From Chlorokybus atmophyticus (Eukaryota; Plantae; Mesostigma and Chlorokybus algae): 64,000 bases of DNA. The notes below the pieces were generated by a model that saw only the letters and a program-made list of their open reading frames with translations, had not been told where the DNA came from and searched no databases. The stretch is taken from contig RHPI01002503.1 in assembly GCA_009103225.1 (NCBI GenBank), forward strand, positions 498,202 through 562,201, in the 5' to 3' direction. The position numbers and the translations under genes are program-made. Shown here in pieces: positions 1 through 12,598 of this stretch. Numbering within the stretch: position 1 is the stretch's first letter; each line of letters begins with the position of its first letter.

Positions 1-130
1 GGCCTTTCACTCGACCTTTTTATAATAACTACATGAGATGCAGCACGGAGGGCAAGCTTGTTGGCTATAGGCACTGCCGTTGACCACACAAGATTGTCTC
101 GTGCAACTTATTTACGAGATTTTGGCCCAG

Positions 131-2482
131 GGCAATGCCAACACCCACAACTCGCCACGCGTGGGCGGCCGTGTCAGGGGCTGTGCTGTGCACGGCGGCG
201 TTCGGGGTCAACACGCTCATCCACCTGCTCATTCCAGCTATCCTGGCGTACGCCGCCATGATTGTGCTCAGGAAGTACTGCGGCATCGTCGTGTTCATCG
301 GCAGCTTCGCGTACCTCATCTCATGGTGAGGAGAATTGTGTGTTTCCCACAATGAGAGGCTACTCAGTGTGCGCACATGAGATTGACGTGGTTTGTTTCT
401 GTTGTTGTGTCATTGTGCAGCCACATAGGCTACGCCAGTGGCGACATGTGGATGAACAACGGCATAGATGTCACAGGTGAAAGCTCTCATCATGTGTTGC
501 TAGTTATTGTCTTGTTTTCCAAGGTGTTTGATGGTAGGACTGACTGTTACTTATGCATGTGTGGTTGTAGGTGCTATGATGATTTTGATGCTGAAGCTCA
601 TATCCTGCGCTTACAACTACCAGGATGGCTGCTACCTTGATGCGGTAAGTGGTCAATCCACTCTTGGTGCATGACAAGTATCACATTCAACTCTGGCAAA
701 CAACTTTCCCGTGTGTGGTTGCGTCATCATATACTACGAGAATAGCTCTCTTTTTGGAAATCACACCACTCCATGAACTGTGATTGCAGACTCCCATGCC
801 GTTGCACGAAGTCCAGCGCAAGTACGCGTTGAGGAAGCTGCCCTCCATACTGGAGTACTTTGGCTACCTGTTCTGCGATGGTCTGGTAATGTCCGGCCCC
901 GTGTTCGAGATCTCAACATACCTGGCTTATACCAACCGAGAGGAGGTATCACTCTGACAGTTTTAAACATGGTATAGTTGGATGTGGATGAGTGGTGTAA
1001 CAACATCTTTGCAATAGGTGTACAGTCCCAAGTATGAGCGGAGGATGCCTTCATCGGTGCTGCCCTCGCTAACGCGATTGGCCATCGCCATCGTGTGCGC
1101 CGGCATTTACCTCAAGCTGCTGCCTCAGGTGGACCACCTGAAGAGCAACATTTACAGCGAGTTACCACTCTGGAGAAAGTGAGTGGGCTGTTGTGTGGCG
1201 GATTGGCTAAGTTGCGTGCACGCACGCGCACATGCACACACAGGCACACACAGGCACACGCACGCTCACCCGCATGCATGCGTATGCGAGTTTGTACTAC
1301 AATGCCTTGCTCTCGTGTGCGCTTCTGCGGCACAACATGTAAACCCAGCACACCACAGGTTGTGGTTCATGTACCGGTTGTCCTTCTTCACTCGCTTCAA
1401 GTACTACTTTGCGTGGAATGTTGCGGCCGCCGCAATGGTCATGTCCGGGTTGGGTTACACCGGAGCCGCGCCCCCGGCATACCCATGGTACAGATTGGCC
1501 TGATGCTGATAACAAGGCTGCGTTTGGTAACTGTTGTTGCAGCGTGCGTGCGTGCATGTGCGTAAGCGTGCGGGTGTGGGACAGTGTTGGTGGGAATGCT
1601 GCGTGGTGCTGAGTTTGCTTCCTACCTCACAGGGAGCGTGCGTTGAATGTGCATATAAAGGGTGTGGAGTTGTGCGTGAGCGGCGCGCAGCTGCCGGCGG
1701 TGTGGAACGTTAGTGTCAGCACGTGGCTGCGAACATGTATGCACACTTCCAACAACTCTGTCATGTTCTCTTGTTTCAACACGGACTCATATGTGTTTGT
1801 GCGTTTGCTCTTCAGACGTGTACATCAGGTTGAGTCCAGTCGGCAGCAAACCCGGCTACCTTCCATTGCTGGCCACGCAGTTCATCAGCGGCATCTGGCA
1901 TGTGAGTTGGGCAGCTTGGTGTTGTGCAATATAATCTTGTGTCACTCTTTTACAACCCTTCTTATGCACTTGTGTTGTGCATTGACAGGGTGTTTACCCT
2001 GGGTACATTCTCTACTTTGTCTCCACCAGTTTCATGATTGCCGCCTCCAAAGGTGAGACTACTGATGTTGATGGGTTGGTTTGATGTCGGATTCTTGTTA
2101 GCGAACAACCAACACGCGCGTGTTGGTTCCGCCTCTTTGTCAGTGCTGTACAGGTACCAACAAGCCCTTCCCAAGGACGCGAAGACCGCTCGCAACGCCT
2201 TCAGCGTGTTCCATTGGGCATTCACGTCGGTCGTACACACATACCTCACCATGGGCTTCATCGTGAGTGACCCTTCGTCTTGATGATGTTTTCTTTCTGT
2301 CATAGCCAGGTGCTTACGTGTGGCTATCATTCGTACAGATTCTGTCTTTCAGCGGGACGATTGCGGCGTGGCGATCGGTGCATTTCATCGGTCACGCGAT
2401 GCTGTTGTTGGTCATTCTGCTAGGGTTTGTGTACAGCCCGAGGGCACCCAAAGAGACTGTGAAGGTCCAGAAGATACAATAG
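131..2482 (+). CDS. LPLAT: MBOAT-family lysophospholipid acyltransferase (LPLAT/LPCAT-like); multi-exon, first exon lies upstream of the window
   Basis: Spliced exons give RHAWAAVSG...FAYLISC-HIGYASGDMWMNNGIDVTG-AMMILMLKLIS...FTRFKYYFAW...WNVSVSTWLR...SGIWHG-YPGY (catalytic His motif), ending ...KETVKVQKIQ* (TAG 2480-2482). GT-AG junctions are in frame. Confidence 0.92.
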
Positions 2483-2760
2483 CAATGGAACAAGTTGAGA
2501 GGTGCAGCCCAAGTAACAGACCAGTACTAGGCAGTAATATTGAACTGTTTCACATACTGTTGTGTGGTCGCGCGGGTGTTGTGTGTAACAGACACACGCA
2601 CGCATGCACATGTGCGCATGTAACTGCGTGCGGCTGCGCACACGCATACACACACGCAATGCATGCGCATACGCACGCACGCATGCACGCACGTGCGCAC
2701 AAGACAGCCCTCCTGTGATATCTGTGTACGTATCACCCCCCAACAATCCACCACACACTG

Positions 2761-3996
2761 TCACTTAACAAGCTCGACCGTATCCGAGTCAAACGGCGAG
2801 TCCTTGCTTTTGAATATTATCACATGCACGTTCCCGTCGTTCCCGTCCACTCGCATCTGCAGGTATCCCCGGTTCTCGTGGCTCACGGCCGCGGCGAACG
2901 CGGACCCGACGACACAGTGGTACACCCCGCTCGTCGCGCGACCGTCGGAAGGGTAACGCTTGTCGTACTCCTTCTTGATGAAGGTGGCGACGTCCTTGAA
3001 ATGGGAGTGCTTGTCGAAGGCGGCGCCTGCTACCTGCGTGTGCATGGGGGACACTGTGTTACACGCATGATCTCAGTGCAACCCTCACGTGCGTAAGTGC
3101 GTGCGCGTTCGTGTTTGTGCAACGTGCGCATGGAGCCGCACACATCAGCCACGGGAGTTGTTGGTCATCGGCAGTCCTCTCAAGGTTCTCTCAAAAACAG
3201 AGTCGTTTGTGCCAATGGCTAGTCAAGCAAGATGTGATGTAACCAAATCTAACACTCTCTCTGCGACTGACGCTTGGACGGCAATTGACCAAACACAAAG
3301 CTGGTGCTGCTGATGATAATGCTGCTGATGATGAATAGCGGAGGTGGGCAGGAAGGGCAGTCCCAACAAGCTATGCACAGTTTTGCTGCCCCCGTGCTGT
3401 GTGCGACTGTTGTCGGCTTGCGCAACACGTGACTTGGAACTTGGCTTATTGCAAGCTGTGTTGAGGGATTACTTGGTGAACTTTAGCTGCTACAAACCTT
3501 TGCATGGCTTGTCGACATGACGTGCAACAAGTTCAGTGTATGTGCGTGCGTGTGTGTGTGTGTGTTGTCGACTGCTGTGTGGCGTGCTGGATGACCAGTT
3601 ACAGACATGTCCGCCACATAACGAAAATAACTCACGCAGCACGATGACAGTAAAGACACCCAAGCACGACGCTTTGCATCCGGTGCTTCCGCGCCCATTG
3701 AAGAGCAGTAGTTGTAAGCCAGATTCAAGGGGTGGGTGATCAGTGCGCAAGAGACTTTTTTGCCCGCCCACTGCATTCATTTTCCAAAGTCTGTTGCGGA
3801 TCACTCGCAGAGTGTGTGTGCGTGTGTGTGTTTGCACGCACGCACGCATAGCAGAGCGTATTCACACAGCACCCACCTCCATGGCCTGCCTCAGCTGCTC
3901 GTCCCCCATATCGCACCTCACCACAGTGATCTTCCTCTCCCTTTTCACCTCCCCTCCAACACCTGCTGCCCCGCCAGCGGCCTCTGGCGGCGCCAT
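2761..3996 (-). CDS. Dynein light chain, LC8/type-1 family; two exons (about 3996-3877 and 3034-2761)
   Basis: Exon 1 MAPPEAAGG...ITVVRCDMGDEQLRQAME|gtgggt; exon 2 VAGAAFDKHSHFKDVATFIKKEYDKRY...YHCVVGSAF...VSHE...VIIFKS. Matches the LC8 pattern DM..E / IKKEFDKKY / WHCIVG / VTHE / LLFKS. Confidence 0.85.
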
Positions 3997-4282
3997 ACCC
4001 GCCGCCGCCGCCGCCGCCACGTGGCAACCCCTCCCAACAACCCCCTCTCGCGGAACGCACGCACGTGATGTGGGATCATCAACCGCACGGAAGGGAATGG
4101 TAGCACTGGAAGTTCATTATTTCACTGGTATTCTGCAGTACGTTCCGTCTGTTAGGTAAGGAAGTAAACACGTGGCGTGGGCGGCGGCGGCAGCGGCGGC
4201 GGCAGTGCTGGCCGCGGTCTCGGCGTGGTCAGTGTCAGTGATTGTCGTCCTTATTGTCGTTTGAGCAGCAGCAGCAGGCAGG

Positions 4283-7257
4283 ATGTCGCTGCTACTGGCA
4301 CCACAGCACCCCTCTGTGGCGCTGCAGTCAGCTCTCTGCTCTCCCCCACAGCGGACAGCACTCCGCCAGGCCAGGCGGGGTCGGCGGCACAGGCGTCGGG
4401 GGCCTGATGGCTTCAATTATGCTAGGGATAGCGCTGGGGTCAGGTCTGGGGGGGTCAGCGTCAGAGCTTGCGCGCTCGGGGAAGCGCTGGAGGATTCAGC
4501 TACCTCTTCCTCTGCTGCGGCGGCGGCGGCAGTGGAGAATGACAGCGAGCTGCGGGAGTGCCTGGAAGCCATATTCCGGTAGTTGTTTTCACCACAATTT
4601 GACAGTTACACCACAACTGCGTCACACGCACAACACAACACAATACAAAAGGAGCCCTTGGTCGCACAATGCAAAGCGCACAGGTCAAAGTTGCTACTTC
4701 TGCAGCTGCTGGCTTCTTGCCTGAGAGTGGCCAATGTTGGCATTACCTCTCCATCGTTCTATGCATGCATCGTGAACTTGAGGCTTCCATTGCTGTTTGC
4801 GCACGCCAGCGTGTGCGGCGCGCGTCGCCCTTGAATGGACAGCCATGGTGAGTCACAAGTCTTTGATTGTCAAGAAACCGAAGTGAGACCTCAGGGTTCA
4901 AGAACGCATGACATATCAATTAACCATAAGTCAACAACAACGTGGCGTGTGTGGCTAAGTCAGCTCGCACTAGCTACGCACGACACTCAACTGCGCATAT
5001 CGCCAACAAATCACATGCCATGACAATTGTCGCATGCAGGTACATACAAAGACTGCTCAGTACAATCAATCCTCAGCTGCAGCGCTCTCTATGCGTGTGT
5101 GCTTCAACCTTTGAACACCCCCCGCAGGTCGGATACTCCCGACACGGCCGAGCTCGCCCGCTACGACGGTTTCAGCGGTGACAGTGGCGGTAGAGCCGCG
5201 TTGCTTGCGCCGTGCGATGCGGACGAGATGCGCGCGGACGAGGCGGACGCGGGGATGCCGCTACTAGAAGACAACGTAAGAGAGAGAAGGTGCGGGCTTT
5301 GGGACAGTGTACAAGGCGCATGTGTGCTGGTGTTCGTGTGCGTGTACGTGCGTGCGCGCACACGCACACCACTTCATGCGCATACTACGCTCCCGTACGT
5401 GTCTGCACGTAGGTGCGCGTGCGCGCGTCCATGTGCGAACAACAACAGCAACAACAACTACGTGGTCCAGGTTTGAGGTGCATCCCAACTTTGCGGGCTG
5501 GCGACTGGACCAGTTCTTGAGTTTCCGGGTGGGGCGCATGTCACGAACGCTCGCACAGAAAGTGAGTGGCAGGAGCGGTATGTTGTGCTATGGCCACTCG
5601 ACACATCACAGCGCATCAACCTTGCGCTTGTGTGCATGTGCAGGTGATCAAGTACAGCGACTTAACCATAGAACCTGCCACGCGCAACAAGGCCAAGCCC
5701 AGCACGCGCTTGCATGCCGGCGAGGTTGTCGTGCTTCGAGAACATCTAGGTGAGAGATACGTTGTCTTGTCGTGTCTCAAGTTGTGGCTGTGATGTCAAC
5801 GTGCATGCAAGCATGGACAGTGGAGACACGCATCACTTCAACACACACACTTGCAGGGGCGGAGAGGGTGCAGGATGCTGAGGTGAGGGTGCTATATAAG
5901 GACAGCGCAGTCATTATCCTCAACAAGCCTGCCGGCATGCTCGCGCACCAGTCGACCAAAGTGCGCCTCAACACTGTGGAGATGTACCTGAGGGTGGGTT
6001 GTGTGGGCGTGCGTGTGGGCGTGCGCAAGTGCATGCGAACAAATGCAGAGGGCATGTGACAAGTTTTTTGATCATGCACTTGTCTGCAGCGCAACGGCTT
6101 CCCGGATGCTTTGACGGCCCATAGGTTGGACCGTGAGACCTCGGGTGTCTTTGTCTGCGCAGCCCGCCCTGACATGGTATGGCAACGGAGGCGTGTGTGC
6201 GTGTGTAACAACAACTGCATGTGCGTACCTTTTGTTTACGTGAACACCGCGTTGCGTGCGTACGTACATGTTCGGTGGTTCTGGGCATGTGCATGTGTGT
6301 GTACGCATTTGCGCATGCGTGCACATGCACGCATGTGCACATATAAACAATCACACACTCATTACCTGCTTATGTATCCTCTTTGCAGATCGGTCCTATT
6401 AGGCGCATGTTCAACGATCGCGGCGCCATCGAGAAGACGTACCGCGCGCTCGTGTTGGATCCCAACGTGAGGTGGCCGCTGGGGCACTTCGAGACCATCA
6501 CGATCCCGCTGGGTCCGAACCGCAACCCGTACGCGGTGCCGCGCACAACCAGGGGAAGTCTCGAAGCCGTCACGCACGTCAATGTCGTCGGAAGGAGGCA
6601 CCACCCGACCACGGGATGGCTCGCGGACCTGGAGGTGGGTCGTATGGGTGGGTCGGGGTTTGTTCGTGTGCATGTGGGGGTTTGGAATCCGCTGGGGGAG
6701 ATGCACGAAAGGACTTGAGCGTATGGCACATGCGCATGTGCAAGCGCGTGTATGTGAGGGTGGGCACGTAGAGGCTATGCTCACAGCTGAGTGTAACATA
6801 CGCGTGCGTGCGCGCATGTCTGCAAGTTGGGGGTATGCCATATATATAGCATACATACAAGTGCGACAAACACTCATGCTGATGATGATATGCCTGGAGT
6901 CTTGAGACTGACCTATACACACATCACGGAAACTTCTTCCACCTGGTTGTATCAACCAACTCACCCCCGCACTTCCCTTCTCTCTCTCAGGTCCGCATCG
7001 AGACGGGTCGCACCCACCAGATCCGCGCCCACCTCTCCCTCTCCGGCACTCCCGTCGCGGGCGACAAGTTGTACACCCACGACGACGACGCGTTCTTCTC
7101 CGCCGTGAGCAAAGACCCCCGCAACCCGGTGTATTTGGAGAAGTTGGGGGGGTTCCGACGACACGCGCTGCACGCGTGGAGAGTGAGGATGAGGCATCCC
7201 GTGGAGGGGTGGGAGATCAAGGCGGAGGCGCCGTTGCCGGACTTGTGGGAGGAGTAG
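4283..7257 (+). CDS. RluA/RluD-family pseudouridine synthase with S4-like domain and putative plastid transit peptide
   Basis: Exons give WRLDQFL..RMSR (S4), LNKPAGMLAH, HRLDRETSG (catalytic Asp), KTYRALV, TGRTHQIRAH, GDKLY, RHALHA. The N-terminus MSLLLAPQHPSVALQSALCSPPQRTALRQARR is Ser/Ala/Arg-rich. Confidence 0.92.
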
Positions 7258-7607
7258 GAGTAGGAGCAGTAGAGTGTTGTTGGGTGTGGGGAGAGAGAGG
7301 GGTCTCTCCTCTAGAGATGTGTACATGTGTTTGTACAGCGTTGTTAGTGCAAGGCAAGGAATCTGTATACAACAAGGAGGTGTTAGATTGAGGAGTCGAT
7401 TGCAGTACTTTGTATGCTCTGGTGAAAATGACGGTGTGGTGTCATATGGTCCAGCAATAAGAAGTACGGTAGTCACGAGTGCCTGGCTCAGGCTGTGTTG
7501 ATTCCTGTGGCGAGATTATTTCCATACAGGGAGCCTCTACCACGACGCTGACCACGATTTCTGCGTGACTGTGATTGCTTGTCACTCAGGTAGATTCATG
7601 AAAATCC

Positions 7608-10600
7608 ATGTCACCGCGTTGGCATCCGGGAGTCGAGAGATGGGAGGAAAGAAGACCGCCTTCAAGCCTGCCATACATAAAGCCATGCAATCTTTGTGAT
7701 GATAGCGGCGGTGGCGGTGATGGTGGATTACCGGACCGGAGCACATGCGGCTATTCGCGGAAAGAACACACGCCACGCTGCTCAACCACACTCGAGTTGG
7801 ATGTGCACACAGGTGTGTCTTCTCACCGGTTCCCTTGTTCTGGCTCACTGTCGTTTGGTTAAGCACCTGATGTGCATATGCGCGGCATCGTACATGATGC
7901 ATGCGCAAGTCAAGTCGAGATCTGTGTATACAGAGCACCGCCCATATCCTGTACGCACACTCAAGCTACCGCCATGCACACGCGGTCCAAGTGGGACAGT
8001 ACAATGCTACAATCATGCCTTTCATTCGTTCACAGCGCACAAGTGAGCATGGGTTCAACCACTGCACTCGTCACTAGCTAACTAGCACACCCAGTCTCAC
8101 GCCCGACTGCGCAGCACAGCATACTCTCCGAGATTCATTCACAGCGCAGTATACTCGCTGGCGGGAAGCCCTCCGGGGTACATGTACAGCTCTCTCGGCG
8201 ACGGCGAGCCGTCGCCGAGTACCTGCATGGCATGGAGAGCGCCTACATGTTCTGTGCCATCTGTGCAACATGCCGGGGCAGACCGCTGCGGCTCCTTGCA
8301 GCAACAGGCGAGTCTGTTAGTGCGTGCGTGCGTGCGTGCGTGTGTGGCTACGTCGTGTGACAGGTGATAGGCCTAAGCCTAGCCGACCGCTTGGACTAGT
8401 AGTCTGCCACGCCCAGCATCGTTTCGTAGGGCGGTAGTTAATTTGCTACTTTGCCTTTGCTCAGTCCATAGATGTGTACTCTTACAGGTGGATACCCGTT
8501 TGCTGAGCAGCGGATGGAGCGCGGGTACCACGGCTTCACACACAAGTTGATTATTGAGGCGCTTGCACGTGAGTAGCGGTATTCGCAGAGTGTTATCGCT
8601 CATTGCGCAATGTTGTGCTCACTCGCAAAGTGTTATCCGCGCTGGTGTTGTTTGCATTGACAGGGCGGCCATCCTTTGCACAAACCATTGCGTGCAGTGA
8701 AAGCATAACCCCTCGCTTCCTCTCTTGACGAGGGGTTTTCTGTAAACGCTTGGTGTGGCCTTGTGCTGCGCTCAGGCGATACTCCTGCTTACATCTTATG
8801 CACATTCCTTCTGCTGCAGGGGCATCCTACCTGGAGAGATGAGCTCAAGCAGCAGCTCCAGGACTGCATACTGTCTTCAGCTCGAAGGTATGTTGAGGGC
8901 TTTGTGCCACTGCTATGGTAGTAATGTAGTAAGGTTACGTGTGACAGCCAGCGCAGTGTCGATGTATGTGTGAGGCTGTTAGCAAGTGGTGACCAGTCGT
9001 TGTGAGCAGAAAACACACTTGTCCCTGAGTGCTGGTCTTCCTTGCATGTCAGTTATGGCATGCACATGGCTCATAGCGCCTTGATGATTCTGCCGTTACG
9101 GCAGCTGGCTAGTGGTCGGAGCAATATGACCGTGATGTCAACTATATACTTCTCCTTCCTCTGAGCGCCGAGTTGTGTGCGAGGCAGTTAGTAATGGACA
9201 ATGTGTTCTGATAACCGCTGAACACAATCCAGGCTAATTTTTGAGCCTGTTGCACACCACTTTATATTTTCATTGGCTGTTCTGCGCGTCTAGTTGTTAC
9301 ACTCTGTTGTCAGCAGGTGGCGACTGCAGAATGCGCGGCTTCTCCAGTGCATGGTTGGATAAGCAAGCTGATGGCAGTTTGCCCGCCGCGGCTAAGCATG
9401 ACCTACAGACTAGAGACAAGGAGAAATTCACTTTTTACTGCACCAACCGTAAGTTCCGATCTGCTGCTTTGCTGCTAACTGCATTAAGTCAGCTCAGGCA
9501 TGCTCACGACATCCATGGCACCCAAGGCTGTCCTCGTATCCTTTGCAGATCTGCTGCATCCCTGCTGATAATGGGCAAACGCATTGAGGGCGAATCATGG
9601 CCGACGGTTCGCTGTGGGCGCCTTCGGATGCATAGCAGCTGCTTGCCAAACATTCCCGCAGGAGGTCATGCACTTCTTCACCCAGTTGTGCATTTGAGGG
9701 CTTGCCGCCCCACAGTGGGTAGACATCTATCTATTCCACCTCACATTTGCTTCGCTGCGTCAACCTCGTTGCATATATGGTCCCATACATGGACAACAGA
9801 ACAGTGTTTGATCGGGTTGCAAGAACTCTGCCAGCTACCCGTGTCAGGTGTCGACGCATGCTGTTTCCTTGCCAATTGTATGCGTGGGTTTGCATGACTG
9901 TGCATAACGGAGCATTACCTACCCGATTCTATACCATATGCTGCACGTGGCCTCCACAATTCCTTCTCGATTAGCAGATGTATGTTACCTTTGATGGCCA
10001 TTGCCGTCGTTCAGGTGCCTCTCCACCAGCTGGTGGGTAGGTTGACTGGTAGTTGACTAGTGTTGCATGGCAGGGTAATGGTGAATAGGCTTCTAGACGT
10101 GCATGTACATCCAAAGCCTGATAGTCAGCAATATCCCCCCCCCCCCCCCNNNNNNNNNNNNNNNNNNNNNNNNNNNNNNNCCTTCCCCTCTCGCTTGTCC
10201 GTATGCAATGCCATGTATGTGACATTGGAGAATGAGGGTGGTCAAAGATTTGTCCACATGGAGCAATTGCGGAGCCTCGCTAAATGCAATCCGCATTCGG
10301 CTTTTGCGCTTGTGTGGACGAGAGCTGACGTGGGGCATTATGGCTCATACCCCTTTTGTACATCGGATGTACAAAAGGGGTATGTTGTGCTATGCTGGCA
10401 TGCATCCGTAGTGGCGGCGGTGGCACAACCCATTTGCACAACCACGCACAGCACTCCCGCCTTGCCACCCTCCACCCTCACGCATTGCTGTTGCTGTTTC
10501 TCCTGCGCCACTCGCCTGGGTTCTTACCTTGCGCATGTGCCTGTGTGCTCAGGTTGGTTGGTTGCTTGCTTCTCACATGCTGCTTGCCACTGCATCCAAC

Positions 10601-11188
10601 TGCTCTGCCTAGAGCACATAGTGCATGTAGTGCACATAGTTGCAAAGCCCCTATAATAGTTGAATTGTTGCTATTGCTTGTCTTGGTGTCTGGTTTGCTT
10701 GCTGCTTGTGGTGATGCTTGTTGTGCATTTGAATTGCTTCTTTGCCCTATGACTTACACCCTATGCACGGTGTGAAACTAGTAGGCAACATGCACAGTGT
10801 GAAGCATGTCACGTTTGCTTGCACACATTACCACAAGATGTGTACCTGCAAGACATGTGCGGTATATTGCTTGCATGGCGAAGCTATCGTAAAGGTGCTG
10901 AAACGACAAGAGATAGATCTTAATGAGCTTGAACACATTGCACTTGTGTGGAAGGTTCCTGGAGCGCAACGGAGGGGTGGGATATACACTTGCAAGAGTG
11001 AGCCATCTTTTGATTATGTGAATTCTGTGGGCATGGCAAATTTCAGCAGTGTTCGTGTTTATCATACATATAGCCACCTTGATATTGCGCACCGCAAACA
11101 TCTTGCACAAGTACAACGCGGAGCTTATGTAAACTTGCGCACATACATAAAAGCGAGGTGGCTATGCGTACAATTGAACAGTATATGA
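7608..11188 (+). mobile_element. Putative degenerate Cys-rich transposase-like locus (KDZ/Zisupton-like) with SWIM-type motif; interrupted by stops and an N gap
   Basis: Several exon-like segments splice in frame (7608-7812, 7933-8042, 8120-8307, 8488-8568), then reading breaks down. Motifs MFCAICATCRGRP, VDACCFLANCMR, EQLRSLAKCNPHSAF, CTCKTCAVYCLH. Family call is from remembered motif patterns only. Confidence 0.3.
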
Positions 11189-12598
11189 GATTAAGATTTA
11201 ACTGCACAAAGTAGTGCACATGACGTCATGTTATGCCATGTGTGTATGCACGTGCGCAAGCATAGGGCAACCAATGTGCCATAATGTGTGCCATTACGTG
11301 TACGCTGATGAATATAAGTGAAATATATGCAGCTAGGTCTGTGTATATGAGTATGTGTATTGATTGTATTACCCAATCAACTCGGTGTTGCTTGACCAAG
11401 TTGAAACACAACATGCCTAAATGTTGTTGACATCATATGGTAAAATGTAGGGGCCCCATTCACATCCACACACAGCATGACATTCTGCAAGCTCTAGCAG
11501 CGAGCAGCAAATCCAATACAACTACTCTGACGCTAAGGCTAAGGCATCATGTTTGATTTAAGTAACCGCCTTAGCCGCCACAGTCAATCATTGCCACATT
11601 CACGCTGATTCTTGCATTTGAGCTTCAATTTGGTATGAAAGAAAGAATTGCTAAACATATGCAATAATTAAATTGCAAGCAGAGTTGTTGAAAGTCTGAA
11701 TCGGACCCGAAAGAGTGCAACAGTATTCTGGTGGTGGTTCCCAATGCATGGCGAATATATCTAGATGCAATGGTAATGTTCTCATGGTCAATTATTTGCG
11801 TCAAGCCACATAATTTACATGGCACAATGGAGCAATACATTAGCCTCTCATGTGGGATGACGGAAGATGCTTAAGTGCAATCAGCCACACCGTGTTTACA
11901 CAGATTCACAAAGATTACATTGACTCCTACCACCACTGCATTTACAGCAGTGCAGCTGCACTACCTCTCCCCTCCTGCCATGTGAGGATCCTACAACTTG
12001 ATGCACATGCACATGGCATGTGCAGCAATCTCTGACATTACACCACACCATACTATTTGAGCACCACCACCATGGCATGCCAGCAAGCGCAGCCCATGAC
12101 ACTCGGGCAATGCTTGCATGGTCGCCACACACACACATGTAAACATGGCATGTGTACCTTGCAAGCACGAAATCCCCAATCCACCTTTTATACACACTGC
12201 GCGCAATGAGATGCTAGCATGCGTAGCTGCCTACCCAGTACACAGCTCATGCCACCCACTTACGCCAACCCCACCACTCACCGCGCACCACTAGCACTTC
12301 AGACTTCTGTACCCACCCACACCCTCAGCACCTCACGCATGCATCCATACCCTGGTGTCTGCTGCTCACAACTATGCCCCGCACTGGTGACAGTCAGGTT
12401 TTACACAACTTCAAACACAGCACTTCCATTGCTGTATTGCATGCAACTCCATAACCATCACTGTCAACTGATCAGATTATTGTTACAGCCCAGCAACATT
12501 AGGCGATTAATGGGTGGCAACCTAAGAGGTAGCATACACGCACTCAACCTGGATGGGCAATGACAAGGACTTCCATCTGAGACTACATCGTCACGCTT

